A program made the translations under genes and the position numbers. Shown here in pieces: positions 18,216 to 24,987 of a stretch of 37,716 nucleotides of DNA; within the stretch, counting starts at the first letter, position 1, and every line of letters begins with the position of its first letter. Origin of the DNA: a virus; IMG/VR virus record IMGVR_UViG_3300045988_027439. The stretch is one strand, 5' to 3'. A model generated the notes under the pieces. The model saw only the letters and a list, made by a program, of their open reading frames with translations, ran no database searches and had not been told where the DNA came from.

Positions 18216-18638
18216 TTACTCTGTGAGTTTCTGTTTTTTTGTCTCGGTACGTTCGACGTTGTTTTCGCCCTTGCTATTCTGCGAAATAGAGGCTTTCACG
18301 CCTCCACGGAGGTTCAATGTGACCTTTGCCAGTCCTCCGGTGTAAATCTCCTCGACCGCTGCCTTGAGAATCTTCACAATTCCCTCTCCGCATCTCTTGT
18401 CCGGTGCTGCTGCCTCTCCGAACAGTGCAGCGACGTTCTGCATCGCCTTTTCTTTCCTCTGTTTCTCTTTCTGATATTCAACTGCATCCGGACAATTACA
18501 TGTCATGGTTGCCTGTTCCTCTGCCTGTGCTGCTGTCAGTTCTTCGTCTGCCTCAATCTGCGTCATTTGACCGCAGAATCTGCATTTTGCTGTTTTCACA
18601 ATATTTCCCATGCGTTTTTCCTCTCTTTCCGGTCTCAT
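18216..18638 (-). CDS. Hypothetical Cys-containing protein (start at 18638 or at MGNIVK, 18611)
   Basis: 140 aa. CRFCGQ...CNCPD suggests a small zinc-binding motif. Both candidate starts are plausible (ATGA overlap versus GAGAGGA RBS). Confidence 0.5.
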   Translation of the reverse strand: MRPEREEKRMGNIVKTAKCRFCGQMTQIEADEELTAAQAEEQATMTCNCPDAVEYQKEKQRKEKAMQNVAALFGEAAAPDKRCGEGIVKILKAAVEEIYTGGLAKVTLNLRGGVKASISQNSKGENNVERTETKKQKLTE

Positions 18639-19021
18639 GCGACCTCATGCAAAATAATTTTTCTGAATATGCTCTCGAATATTGGAACGGCGATGCTGTT
18701 TCCTGCTTGGTCGTATAATGCTTTGTAATACTTCCCGTTTCTTTTCTGCACCGCTTTCGCCCTGTCGAAATCCTCGTCCGTGTACCCCATCAACCGCCAA
18801 CACTCACGCTCAGTCAAATAACGATAGCGTCCATCGCCTCGGTCGATGACCTGTGCGGGTGTCCGGTCTTGTCTCGTTGTGATGGTATATGCACATTCTT
18901 TGATAACCGTCGCCCTGCGGATGCCTTTTTCTCCGATACATGCAAGGACGGACGGTTGTGTCACGTTGTAAACATCCGGAACACTTGCATCGTCCTCAAG
19001 AAACTCCTGCAAATTACGCAT
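18635..19021 (-). CDS. C5-cytosine DNA methyltransferase, C-terminal part (TRD + motifs IX-X)
   Basis: RYLTERECWRLMGY (motif IX) and QAGNSIAVPIFE (motif X). The frame stays open upstream and reads FEFDDLIRTPMRNLQEF. Confidence 0.85.
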   Translation of the reverse strand: MRNLQEFLEDDASVPDVYNVTQPSVLACIGEKGIRRATVIKECAYTITTRQDRTPAQVIDRGDGRYRYLTERECWRLMGYTDEDFDRAKAVQKRNGKYYKALYDQAGNSIAVPIFESIFRKIILHEVA

Positions 19022-19029
19022 CGGCGTTC

Positions 19030-19617
19030 TTATGAGGTCATCAAATTCAAATTTTCTCCATTCAGAGCAGAAACTGTGAACACTCGCTCTCTCGCTTGTG
19101 GCAATCCGAACTCTCTTGCATCCAGTACCTCAAAATTATTCGTATATCCCAATCGCTCCATTTCAACCATGTATCTGTCAAAATTCGGTCTCATGTACTT
19201 TGATTTCACATTCTTCACGTTTTCCCATATCACATAACGAGGTCGCCATTCGCCCATATTCTCAATGATATGTATTGTCTCCCACATGAGAGAGGAACGT
19301 GTTCCGCTCCCCTCGTCTGAACCTTTGCCTCGGTTGATTCTGCCCTCTCCTGTCGCCTTTCCTTGATGTCCTGCAATGCTCATGTCTTGGCAAGGTGAGC
19401 CATGAATCAGAATGTCCGGTTTCAGATTCCATCCGACAACCGTTTGTGTTTTATATGCCAGTTCCTCACGGAACATTGAATTGTACGAACGCACCGCCTT
19501 TTCATTGATTTCCACATAGTCGATTGCTTTTGTCGGAATGTTCAAATTTCTCAAGGCACATCGAGGCGACCCAATCCCTCCGAATAACTCAAGGATTTGT
19601 ATTGTCTCGTTTTCCAT
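19030..19617 (-). CDS. C5-cytosine DNA methyltransferase, N-terminal part (motifs I-VIII)
   Basis: ELFGGIGSPR (motif I), HGSPCQDMSIAG (motif IV), VIWENVKN (motif VI), QARERVFTVS (motif VIII). Ends at a TAA shortly after the A4T3 run. Confidence 0.88.
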   Translation of the reverse strand: MENETIQILELFGGIGSPRCALRNLNIPTKAIDYVEINEKAVRSYNSMFREELAYKTQTVVGWNLKPDILIHGSPCQDMSIAGHQGKATGEGRINRGKGSDEGSGTRSSLMWETIHIIENMGEWRPRYVIWENVKNVKSKYMRPNFDRYMVEMERLGYTNNFEVLDAREFGLPQARERVFTVSALNGENLNLMTS

Positions 19618-19620
19618 GCC

Positions 19621-20400
19621 TTACCCCTCCATTTCCTTGAGTAACTCATGTACAACGCATCTGTAATCTTGAGACACGATTCCACGCTTTGAAAATTTCG
19701 GGAGCGGTATCATTGCCGTTGTTGATTTCTCCGCAACAATGGAACGGCGAACCGGAGTGACAAACATGTCAAATCCGGATTCTGCTTTCAACCACTCCTC
19801 AACCTCAAGAGATGTCTTGTTTTTCTGTCGCATTGTCATGAGTGCCTTGATTCTCAAGTCCGGATTGATGTCTCTCAAGTCCTCAATCTGCTCCTCAAGG
19901 TTCTGCAATGCCTCGATTTCATATCCCCCGACCTTTACCGGAGCAATAATGAGTTCTGTTGCAATCAGAATGTTAATGACCACCATGTCAAGCAGTCGAC
20001 CACAATCGCAAATGCAATAATCGTATGCGTCCGCTACCTCCTCCAACGCCTCACGCAATCGTGTGACTTGATTGTCCTCTGACTTGAGCAGCAAATTCAT
20101 GTCCGTCTGCATGAGATAGCCATTTGCCGGAATGATGTCAACGTGCGAATATTCTGTCGGGCGAATCAGATCACTCGTTTTGTATGTACCGCCGACGCAT
20201 TCATGTTTCTCAAGCAGCTCACTCATTCCGATTCCGTCCGATTCAAATACTCCGAACGTCTTTGATGTATCGCCCTGCGGGTCTCCATCTAACACAAGCA
20301 CTCTTTTCCCCTGTTCCTCGCCCAACATATAAGCGATTGAATCGGATGTCGTCGTTTTCCCGATTCCTCCCTTTGGTGACATCACTGCAATAATTCTCAT
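19621..20400 (-). CDS. parA: ParA/Soj-family partition ATPase
   Basis: Deviant Walker A MSPKGGIGKTTT, followed by VLVLDGDPQGD. 259 aa. Confidence 0.88.
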   Translation of the reverse strand: MRIIAVMSPKGGIGKTTTSDSIAYMLGEEQGKRVLVLDGDPQGDTSKTFGVFESDGIGMSELLEKHECVGGTYKTSDLIRPTEYSHVDIIPANGYLMQTDMNLLLKSEDNQVTRLREALEEVADAYDYCICDCGRLLDMVVINILIATELIIAPVKVGGYEIEALQNLEEQIEDLRDINPDLRIKALMTMRQKNKTSLEVEEWLKAESGFDMFVTPVRRSIVAEKSTTAMIPLPKFSKRGIVSQDYRCVVHELLKEMEG

Positions 20401-20425
20401 GTTGATTCCTCCTGTTATTGTCCTG

Positions 20426-20875
20426 TTATTTTATTTTCCCGTCCTTGAGGATGCTGTTGTTCGGGATGCTCATGTTCAGACTTCTCTCCCTGTGTGCTGA
20501 ATCCGACAAATTCAGATATTCCTCAATAACCTTGATTGCCTCCTCTGCTGAATAGCAGGTTGCAACAAAATGTCCGGCTGCTGCCATGTCTGCAAGGAAC
20601 TCTTTCTGTGTCTCCTGCTGCCTGTTGTTGCCGAATTTCATCTCGACGAACAACCCGCAGTATGAACCTTTCGGATATGGGAGTTGTAAGTCGGAAACGC
20701 CCGCCTTGACACCCATCTGTTTGAATTTCACCGCCTCCGCTCTGTTCCTGCTGCCTCCATTCGGCACATGGAACAACCACTTCAATTCCGGATAACGGTT
20801 CATGTTCCATCCCGCCCATGACACGACGTTGATTTGCTCCGTGTCCTCACTTCGTTTCGCATATCTCATGTTCAT
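20426..20875 (-). CDS. VRR-NUC domain nuclease
   Basis: LFHVPNGGSRN...GVSDLQLPYPKGSYCGLFVEMK matches the VRR-NUC catalytic pattern. Start moved to the ATG at 20875 (GAGGAGG 9 nt upstream) in place of the track start at 20971. Confidence 0.8.
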   Translation of the reverse strand: MNMRYAKRSEDTEQINVVSWAGWNMNRYPELKWLFHVPNGGSRNRAEAVKFKQMGVKAGVSDLQLPYPKGSYCGLFVEMKFGNNRQQETQKEFLADMAAAGHFVATCYSAEEAIKVIEEYLNLSDSAHRERSLNMSIPNNSILKDGKIK

Positions 20876-20990
20876 TTGCTTTCGCCTCCTCTTTGCACAT
20901 GTCATAATATTCGCAGAACAGACACACATGTTTGCAGTCCTTGACCTTGAGCATGTGTCTGATTTTCTCAATGATTTCTCCTGCCCTCAC
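20847..20990 (-). CDS. Small Cys-rich protein (47 aa), not on the ORF track
   Basis: GTG at 20990 (GTGA overlap with the SLT stop, GGAGGTG upstream). Translation VRAGEIIEKIRHMLKVKDCKHVCLFCEYYDMCKEEAKANEHEICETK. It looks more protein-like than the R/S/C-rich N-terminal extension of the 181-aa track ORF. Confidence 0.35.
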   Translation of the reverse strand: MRAGEIIEKIRHMLKVKDCKHVCLFCEYYDMCKEEAKANEHEICETK

Positions 20991-21724
20991 TTTCCGACCA
21001 CCTCCTCAATCTCTTTCATCCTCTGCATGATTGCACTGTTGTACGAATACACATACACTCCGTTGCTCCACAAATGTTCCCTTGCACCTTTTTCACCGTA
21101 GTTGTACGCTGCAAGCGCATCCTGCACCGTGCCGTATTTCTTGAGCAGGTATGAGAGGAAATCAATCCCAACCCTCACATTTTGATACGGATTCATGAGG
21201 TCGGTGCATCCTAACCTCTGCATCCGGTCGGTGTGCCATTTCTCATATATCTGCATATATCCCTTTGACCGCCCGCCGTCTCCGACCTTGTCAAATTCAT
21301 ATCCGGATTCATGCTCTATGAGTGCCAACGCAAGGGCATACGGAACGTCATTTTGCTTGCACAGGCATCTTGTGTATATCTGCATTTTCTCCGGAAAATA
21401 GCCTTTATCTGCATACTGCTCCGGCAGGTCATAATATATGAACCCCTCAAGATCACAACTGCCCCAGTCCTCGGACATGGTGTCAAAAACCTTGTATTTG
21501 CTTTCGGTCTCCTCTGCCGTCTGCACGATTGTTTCCGGATTCTGCACCGTTTCCGCATGTGTCGTCTCCTCCTGCGTTGTCTCCTGCTGCCTCTCCTCGA
21601 TCTGCTCCGGCTTTTTGCTGCCGAACACTGCCACGCACAACACTGTCACAACTCCTGTGACCACGATCACACGAAACGTATTACGTCGCCTTGCTCGTCT
21701 TGCCCGTCTTTTCCGTCTTTTCAC
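20987..21724 (-). CDS. Membrane-anchored lytic transglycosylase (SLT domain)
   Basis: N-terminus has KRRKRRARRARRR followed by a transmembrane segment (VIVVTGVVTVLCVAVFG). SLT motifs LIEHESGY, GYMQI, AAYNYG. GTG start 7 nt after AAGGAGG. Confidence 0.8.
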   Translation of the reverse strand: MKRRKRRARRARRRNTFRVIVVTGVVTVLCVAVFGSKKPEQIEERQQETTQEETTHAETVQNPETIVQTAEETESKYKVFDTMSEDWGSCDLEGFIYYDLPEQYADKGYFPEKMQIYTRCLCKQNDVPYALALALIEHESGYEFDKVGDGGRSKGYMQIYEKWHTDRMQRLGCTDLMNPYQNVRVGIDFLSYLLKKYGTVQDALAAYNYGEKGAREHLWSNGVYVYSYNSAIMQRMKEIEEVVGK

Positions 21725-22637
21725 CTTGCAGCCTCCTTTTTCTCATTCGTGCATGTATGTAAAACATGCAATTAAAATTGTTGTAGTACACGTTTGCGTT
21801 CGTGAAATCCATGTCCGGATACCACTTTCCCAAAATCTCCGGAATTGAATCCCTGTCTTTGACCATTCCATCAACAAATGAGCCTATTTTTTTATAGCTG
21901 CCTCCTGCTGCCGGACGTTTGGAATGTACGACCTTGATTCGTGGGTCTCTCAATCCCTGCGAACTGTTCCATCTCCTTTCCGACGGAACACGGTTCTTTT
22001 CTTCGACGATATAGTTCGCCATGCCAGACAGACCATTTTCATCCGTCTGCAATCTACGAACCTCATTCCTGCTTGACTGTTTCCAACATGATTCAACCGT
22101 CTCCATGTCCAACGCACCGTCCATGACAATGTGATGATGCCATCTGATTTCCGCATCCGGATTGTATGCGGTCACATAGACATATTTTGTGTTCGGGAGA
22201 CCCCTCTTTTTCCTCTGATAGTTGATGCGTCGGATGTACTTTTGCACATTCTTGATTGCTGCATCCACATCCCCGTCCGGTGGGAGGTGTGCGTCATCAT
22301 AGGTCAACGTCATCCAAATATCACGATCACTGAAATTCTCATTGATTAACCTCTCAACGTATTTCCGTGCGTTCTTGTCATTCAGATTCTTTTGAGCCTT
22401 GTTATTGTCTTTCTTGATAGTTCTCCCCTCCGGAGGTACTTCATCCATACTCCGGAACTGCGGGTATATCTCAATCTCAAACTGATCTCCTGCGGTTATC
22501 TCTTTCAAGGCATATACAACTTTCTTTCTGTGTTGGAACAGGTTCTCAATAAACCATTCGTGCATTTCCTCCAACGATTTGTTATATGCTGCCTCATAAT
22601 CATACGGGATGAACTGCATCCTTTTTTTTCTTGCCAT
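21681..22637 (-). CDS. Rolling-circle replication initiator (HUH endonuclease, pC194/phiX-type motifs)
   Basis: Motif I IWMTLTYD, motif II (HUH) RWHHHIVMDG, motif III GMANYIVEEK. Start set to the ATG at 22637 (AGGAGG 10 nt upstream) in place of the track start at 22700. Confidence 0.65.
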   Translation of the reverse strand: MARKKRMQFIPYDYEAAYNKSLEEMHEWFIENLFQHRKKVVYALKEITAGDQFEIEIYPQFRSMDEVPPEGRTIKKDNNKAQKNLNDKNARKYVERLINENFSDRDIWMTLTYDDAHLPPDGDVDAAIKNVQKYIRRINYQRKKRGLPNTKYVYVTAYNPDAEIRWHHHIVMDGALDMETVESCWKQSSRNEVRRLQTDENGLSGMANYIVEEKNRVPSERRWNSSQGLRDPRIKVVHSKRPAAGGSYKKIGSFVDGMVKDRDSIPEILGKWYPDMDFTNANVYYNNFNCMFYIHARMRKRRLQGEKTEKTGKTSKAT

Positions 22638-22747
22638 CTGACACATGCCTCCTATATAGGTTTTCGTAGACTTGTTATTATCTATTACAAGGACGCTCAA
22701 ACCTCCGAAAACCCTGTATTTTCACGACTTCTCCGGTCGTTTTCGAG

Positions 22748-22776
22748 TTGCTTTTTCGTGTCAGATTTGCTATAAT
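22748..22776 (+). promoter_or_regulatory. Sigma-A-type promoter TTGCTT-17-TATAAT on the plus strand (antisense to the early operon)
   Basis: -35 at 22748..22753, a 17-nt spacer, and a consensus -10 at 22771..22776. Confidence 0.55.
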
Positions 22777-22782
22777 ATCTTT

Positions 22783-22851
22783 TTAGTGATAGCGACTGAC
22801 ACAATCAGTCAAATCAAGGACGACCACTGCAATGGTTGTCCTTTTTCTTTT
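22783..22851 (+). ncRNA. Candidate ~70-nt antisense sRNA (countertranscript) upstream of rep
   Basis: Predicted start about 7 nt after the -10. Hairpin 1 is GACTGA-cacaa-TCAGTC (22794..22810). Hairpin 2 is AAGGACGACCA-ctgcaa-TGGTTGTCCTT (22816..22843), followed by TTTTCTTTT, which makes an intrinsic terminator on the plus strand only. No ORF. Confidence 0.4.
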
Positions 22852-22876
22852 GTTCTCATGCTCCTGCTTTATGTAT

Positions 22877-22905
22877 GCCCCGCCACCGTGACGGGGCGTT
22901 TTTAT
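22877..22905 (+). terminator. Second plus-strand intrinsic terminator
   Basis: GCCCCG-ccaccgtga-CGGGGC followed by GTTTTTATT. On the minus sense there is no U-tract. Confidence 0.5.
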
Positions 22906-23087
22906 TAAACGGCTGCAACTGCCTCTTTCTGTTCCCATCTGCGACGCTCCTCTGCTTTTCCCGCTGCCTTACCCTCGGCATACGCAGACATCACCATAAT
23001 GGTCATTGATTTTCCCTCAAGGTCGTCAATATTCATGAATTTTTCTGCCATGCTCTCAATCACTGCCTTTTTCTCATTTCTTGTCAT
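22905..23087 (-). CDS. Hypothetical small protein (60 aa)
   Basis: ATGA-coupled to the upstream HTH gene. GGAGGTG lies 7 nt upstream. Confidence 0.55.
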   Translation of the reverse strand: MTRNEKKAVIESMAEKFMNIDDLEGKSMTIMVMSAYAEGKAAGKAEERRRWEQKEAVAAV

Positions 23088-23305
23088 TTCTCAACACCTC
23101 CTCGGATTCGCTCAATCTCTTTTTCTATGTTCTTTCCGGAATAATCTGCAAGCAGTTTTTCCGAAATGTGATACGTCCAAATTGAGGACATCTGCACCGC
23201 CGTTCCTATCGGGAGTTTTCCCTGTTGCATTGCTACCCTCACAAATTGCGGTGACACATTGAGGATTGCTGCTGCCTCTGTCGGCAATATTCGTCCTATA
23301 TCCAT
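23084..23305 (-). CDS. Small HTH DNA-binding protein (excisionase/MerR-like HTH)
   Basis: Start set to the ATG at 23305 (GGAGG 7 nt upstream). MDIGRILPTEAAAILNVSPQFVRVAMQQGKLPIGTAV resembles the Xis-type HTH pattern. Confidence 0.6.
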   Translation of the reverse strand: MDIGRILPTEAAAILNVSPQFVRVAMQQGKLPIGTAVQMSSIWTYHISEKLLADYSGKNIEKEIERIRGGVEK

Positions 23306-23556
23306 CTTGATTCCTCCTGTTGGTGGTTCTCTCGGTCTTTTCATCCCGTCCACCTGCTTTCCGGCATTGTCTACCGTGTTGATGCTTTTCGCCTTAAAAA
23401 TCATCGAAAACCTGTTGACTGACCATGCACTTTCTAGCAGGTGCGACCGCTGCCATGTTTCCCACGGTATCGCTGACGCTGTCTTTCGGCTTGCCATCGT
23501 CAGAGTGTCGGTTGCCGTCCGAACACTGACGGGGCGACTGTTGCCCCGTTTCGGCT

Positions 23557-23691
23557 TTAGTAAAATGAATCCCTCTGCATTTCGTCGTCAACTTCTTTCG
23601 GTATCTGGATAGGCTCGAAATCATCGTTTTTCTCGTTCCAATAATCAAATAACTCTTTTATGTACTGGTTCAATGTCTCTGCATTGCTCAT
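23557..23691 (-). CDS. Hypothetical small acidic protein (44 aa)
   Basis: ATG at 23691, 7 nt after AGGAGG. The track's longer start lacks an RBS. Confidence 0.45.
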   Translation of the reverse strand: MSNAETLNQYIKELFDYWNEKNDDFEPIQIPKEVDDEMQRDSFY

Positions 23692-23712
23692 TTCTGTTCC
23701 TCCTGCTCTTTC

Positions 23713-23741
23713 TTGTCCTGCTACATCTCCTGCCATATAAT
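23713..23741 (+). promoter_or_regulatory. Candidate plus-strand promoter TTGTCC-17-TATAAT
   Basis: -35 at 23713..23718 and a consensus -10 at 23736..23741. Lies 40 nt upstream of the small plus-strand ORF. Confidence 0.4.
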
Positions 23742-23781
23742 AAATGTGCAACCATTCTCAAATGACAGGAGGTGAAATGCT

Positions 23782-23955
23782 GTGGACGATTATGAAAATT
23801 TGTATAAGGATGTCAGCAATCAGAATGTTGACACCGCCGAACTTGAGCGTCGTAAAAAAGAACGTTATCAAAACCGTTTCAATTATTACAATAGTGTTGT
23901 TGCAACCCTCGCTTTGATTCTTTCGATTATCGGTATAATCTTAGGATTAAACTGA
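23782..23955 (+). CDS. Small tail-anchored membrane protein (57 aa), not on the ORF track
   Basis: GTG at 23782, 9 nt after AGGAGG. Translation (M)DDYENLYKDVSNQNVDTAELERRKKERYQNRFNYYNSVVATLALILSIIGIILGLN. The C-terminal transmembrane segment is paralogous to that of the convergent gene. Confidence 0.5.
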   Translation: MDDYENLYKDVSNQNVDTAELERRKKERYQNRFNYYNSVVATLALILSIIGIILGLN

Positions 23956-24214
23956 TAATTGACAGGATAATCGCTAATGTTGAGCAGATTGCGGGCATCC
24001 ATTTAATAATTTTTATTTTCATGGGTGTCTGCTGCTCCTCAAGTCTCTCCTCTGCCTCCGTTTCAAGCTGTTTCTTTGCAATCGTAACTTTCGCAGCTAC
24101 GTTCTGACTTCTTGAGACAATTTCAATCTCTGTCATGTTCAAATCTAATTTTTCATACACATTCAAGGTCTCTTTCATTGCCTCTTTGATTTTTGTTCTT
24201 CTTATTTCCTCCAC
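23927..24214 (-). CDS. Small tail-anchored membrane protein (95 aa), first gene of the early minus-strand operon
   Basis: GTG at 24214, 5 nt after AAGGAGGTG. The track's upstream ATGs lie within or before the -10 of the promoter. C-terminal transmembrane segment PAICSTLAIILSIISLILRLYR. Confidence 0.6.
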   Translation of the reverse strand: MEEIRRTKIKEAMKETLNVYEKLDLNMTEIEIVSRSQNVAAKVTIAKKQLETEAEERLEEQQTPMKIKIIKWMPAICSTLAIILSIISLILRLYR

Positions 24215-24237
24215 TGTTTCACCTCCTTGTGTTGTCC

Positions 24238-24297
24238 TTGAATACATAATATGCGTCTTTGACAACTTTGTCAATAGTTTTTGTATTCTTTGAATAC
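24238..24297. promoter_or_regulatory. Operator-like palindromes in the divergent switch region
   Basis: TTGACAA-ct-TTGTCAA (24259..24274) overlaps the -35. GTATTC-ttt-GAATAC lies at 24283..24297. An extra TTGAATAC half-site lies at 24238..24245, just downstream of the -10. Confidence 0.55.
24246..24274 (-). promoter_or_regulatory. Early (lytic-direction) promoter TTGACA-17-TATTAT
   Basis: Minus-sense -35 at 24274..24269 (consensus) and -10 at 24251..24246, with a 17-nt spacer. Confidence 0.65.
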
Positions 24298-24304
24298 TTT
24301 TTTA

Positions 24305-24333
24305 TTGCATTTTATTTCAACGAGTGTTATGAT
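24305..24333 (+). promoter_or_regulatory. Promoter of the CI-like repressor gene, TTGCAT-17-TGtTATGAT (extended -10)
   Basis: -35 at 24305..24310, -10 at 24328..24333, and TG at 24325..24326. RBS AAGGAGGTG at 24340..24348. Confidence 0.6.
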
Positions 24334-24354
24334 TCATGAAAAGGAGGTGTTCAC

Positions 24355-24738
24355 ATGACACAAAATGAGCGTGTAAAGGAAATAAGAAAGACGCTCGGTC
24401 TCACTCTTGAGAAATTCGGGGAACGTATCGGAGTGACAAGAGGTTCAATGTCTAATATAGAAAACGGAAATCGCAACCTAACCGAACAAATGACAAAATC
24501 TATTTGCCGTGAGTTCAGCGTTGATTATATGTGGTTGACTACTGGTGAGGGCGAAATGTTCATTGACACGGACGATGATTTCATCGAACGCATTGACCGC
24601 ATCATGGCGGGTGAGGACGAGGCACGAAAAAACCTTTTCAAATTCATGCTTGAGTTGAGCGACGAGGACATCGTTGCACTTGACCGCTTAATGAAAAAAG
24701 CTATTGAGTTCACACAAAATAATAAAGAAAAAGACTGA
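24355..24738 (+). CDS. XRE-family HTH repressor (CI-like, no peptidase domain)
   Basis: RVKEIRKTLGLTLEKFGERIGVTRGSMSNIENGNRNLT is a classic XRE HTH. Divergent from the early operon. Confidence 0.8.
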   Translation: MTQNERVKEIRKTLGLTLEKFGERIGVTRGSMSNIENGNRNLTEQMTKSICREFSVDYMWLTTGEGEMFIDTDDDFIERIDRIMAGEDEARKNLFKFMLELSDEDIVALDRLMKKAIEFTQNNKEKD

Positions 24739-24759
24739 CAGCCTTTTCAACTGTCAGTC
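24733..24759 (-). terminator. Intrinsic terminator (minus sense; possibly bidirectional)
   Basis: GACTGACAG-9 nt-CTGTCAGTC is a perfect 9-bp stem. On the minus sense it is followed by TTTTTCTTTATTATTTT. It overlaps the repressor gene's stop codon. Confidence 0.55.
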
Positions 24760-24896
24760 TCATGGGTGTACAGATACGCCACGAATTTATATATCCTTTT
24801 GAGGATGCGTTCGTTTTGTATCTTCCCGACTATTTCAACAATAGCCTTTTTGTAATTCAAGGGGAACACCCCCTTTCCGATTACAGTGTATCATAT

Positions 24897-24946
24897 ATTT
24901 CCATGATTGTGGAAATATTGAGGTTGATTTCCATAATCGTGGAAAT
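24897..24946. promoter_or_regulatory. Two 20-bp palindromes ATTTCCAT(G/A)AT(T/C)GTGGAAAT spaced 30 bp centre to centre
   Basis: Located at 24897..24916 and 24927..24946. Each has 7-bp perfect arms, ATTTCCA/TGGAAAT. They sit in the non-coding gap between the two XRE genes. Confidence 0.7.
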
Positions 24947-24987
24947 CGTTCCTCCTGCTGCCGGAATCTCGCTGCAATGTGATACAA

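Noticed and set aside
20876-20971. N-terminal extensions given by the ORF track (20426..20971, 21681..22700, 23084..23497, 23557..23751, 23927..24274, 24988..25374, 29813..30196, 28688..29071)
   Set aside because: In each case an internal start with a strong AGGAGG-type RBS at 5-10 nt spacing exists. The extension is compositionally odd, overlaps the upstream gene, or overlaps a promoter.
23259-23648. ORFs 23259..23612 (+) and 23394..23648 (-) in the 250-nt gap between the 44-aa gene and the HTH gene
   Set aside because: Neither has a convincing RBS or protein-like composition. The gap may hold a regulatory element or an RNA, but I found only weak, imperfect hairpins (for example GGGGC-7 nt-GCCCC at about 23531..23547) and cannot support a call.
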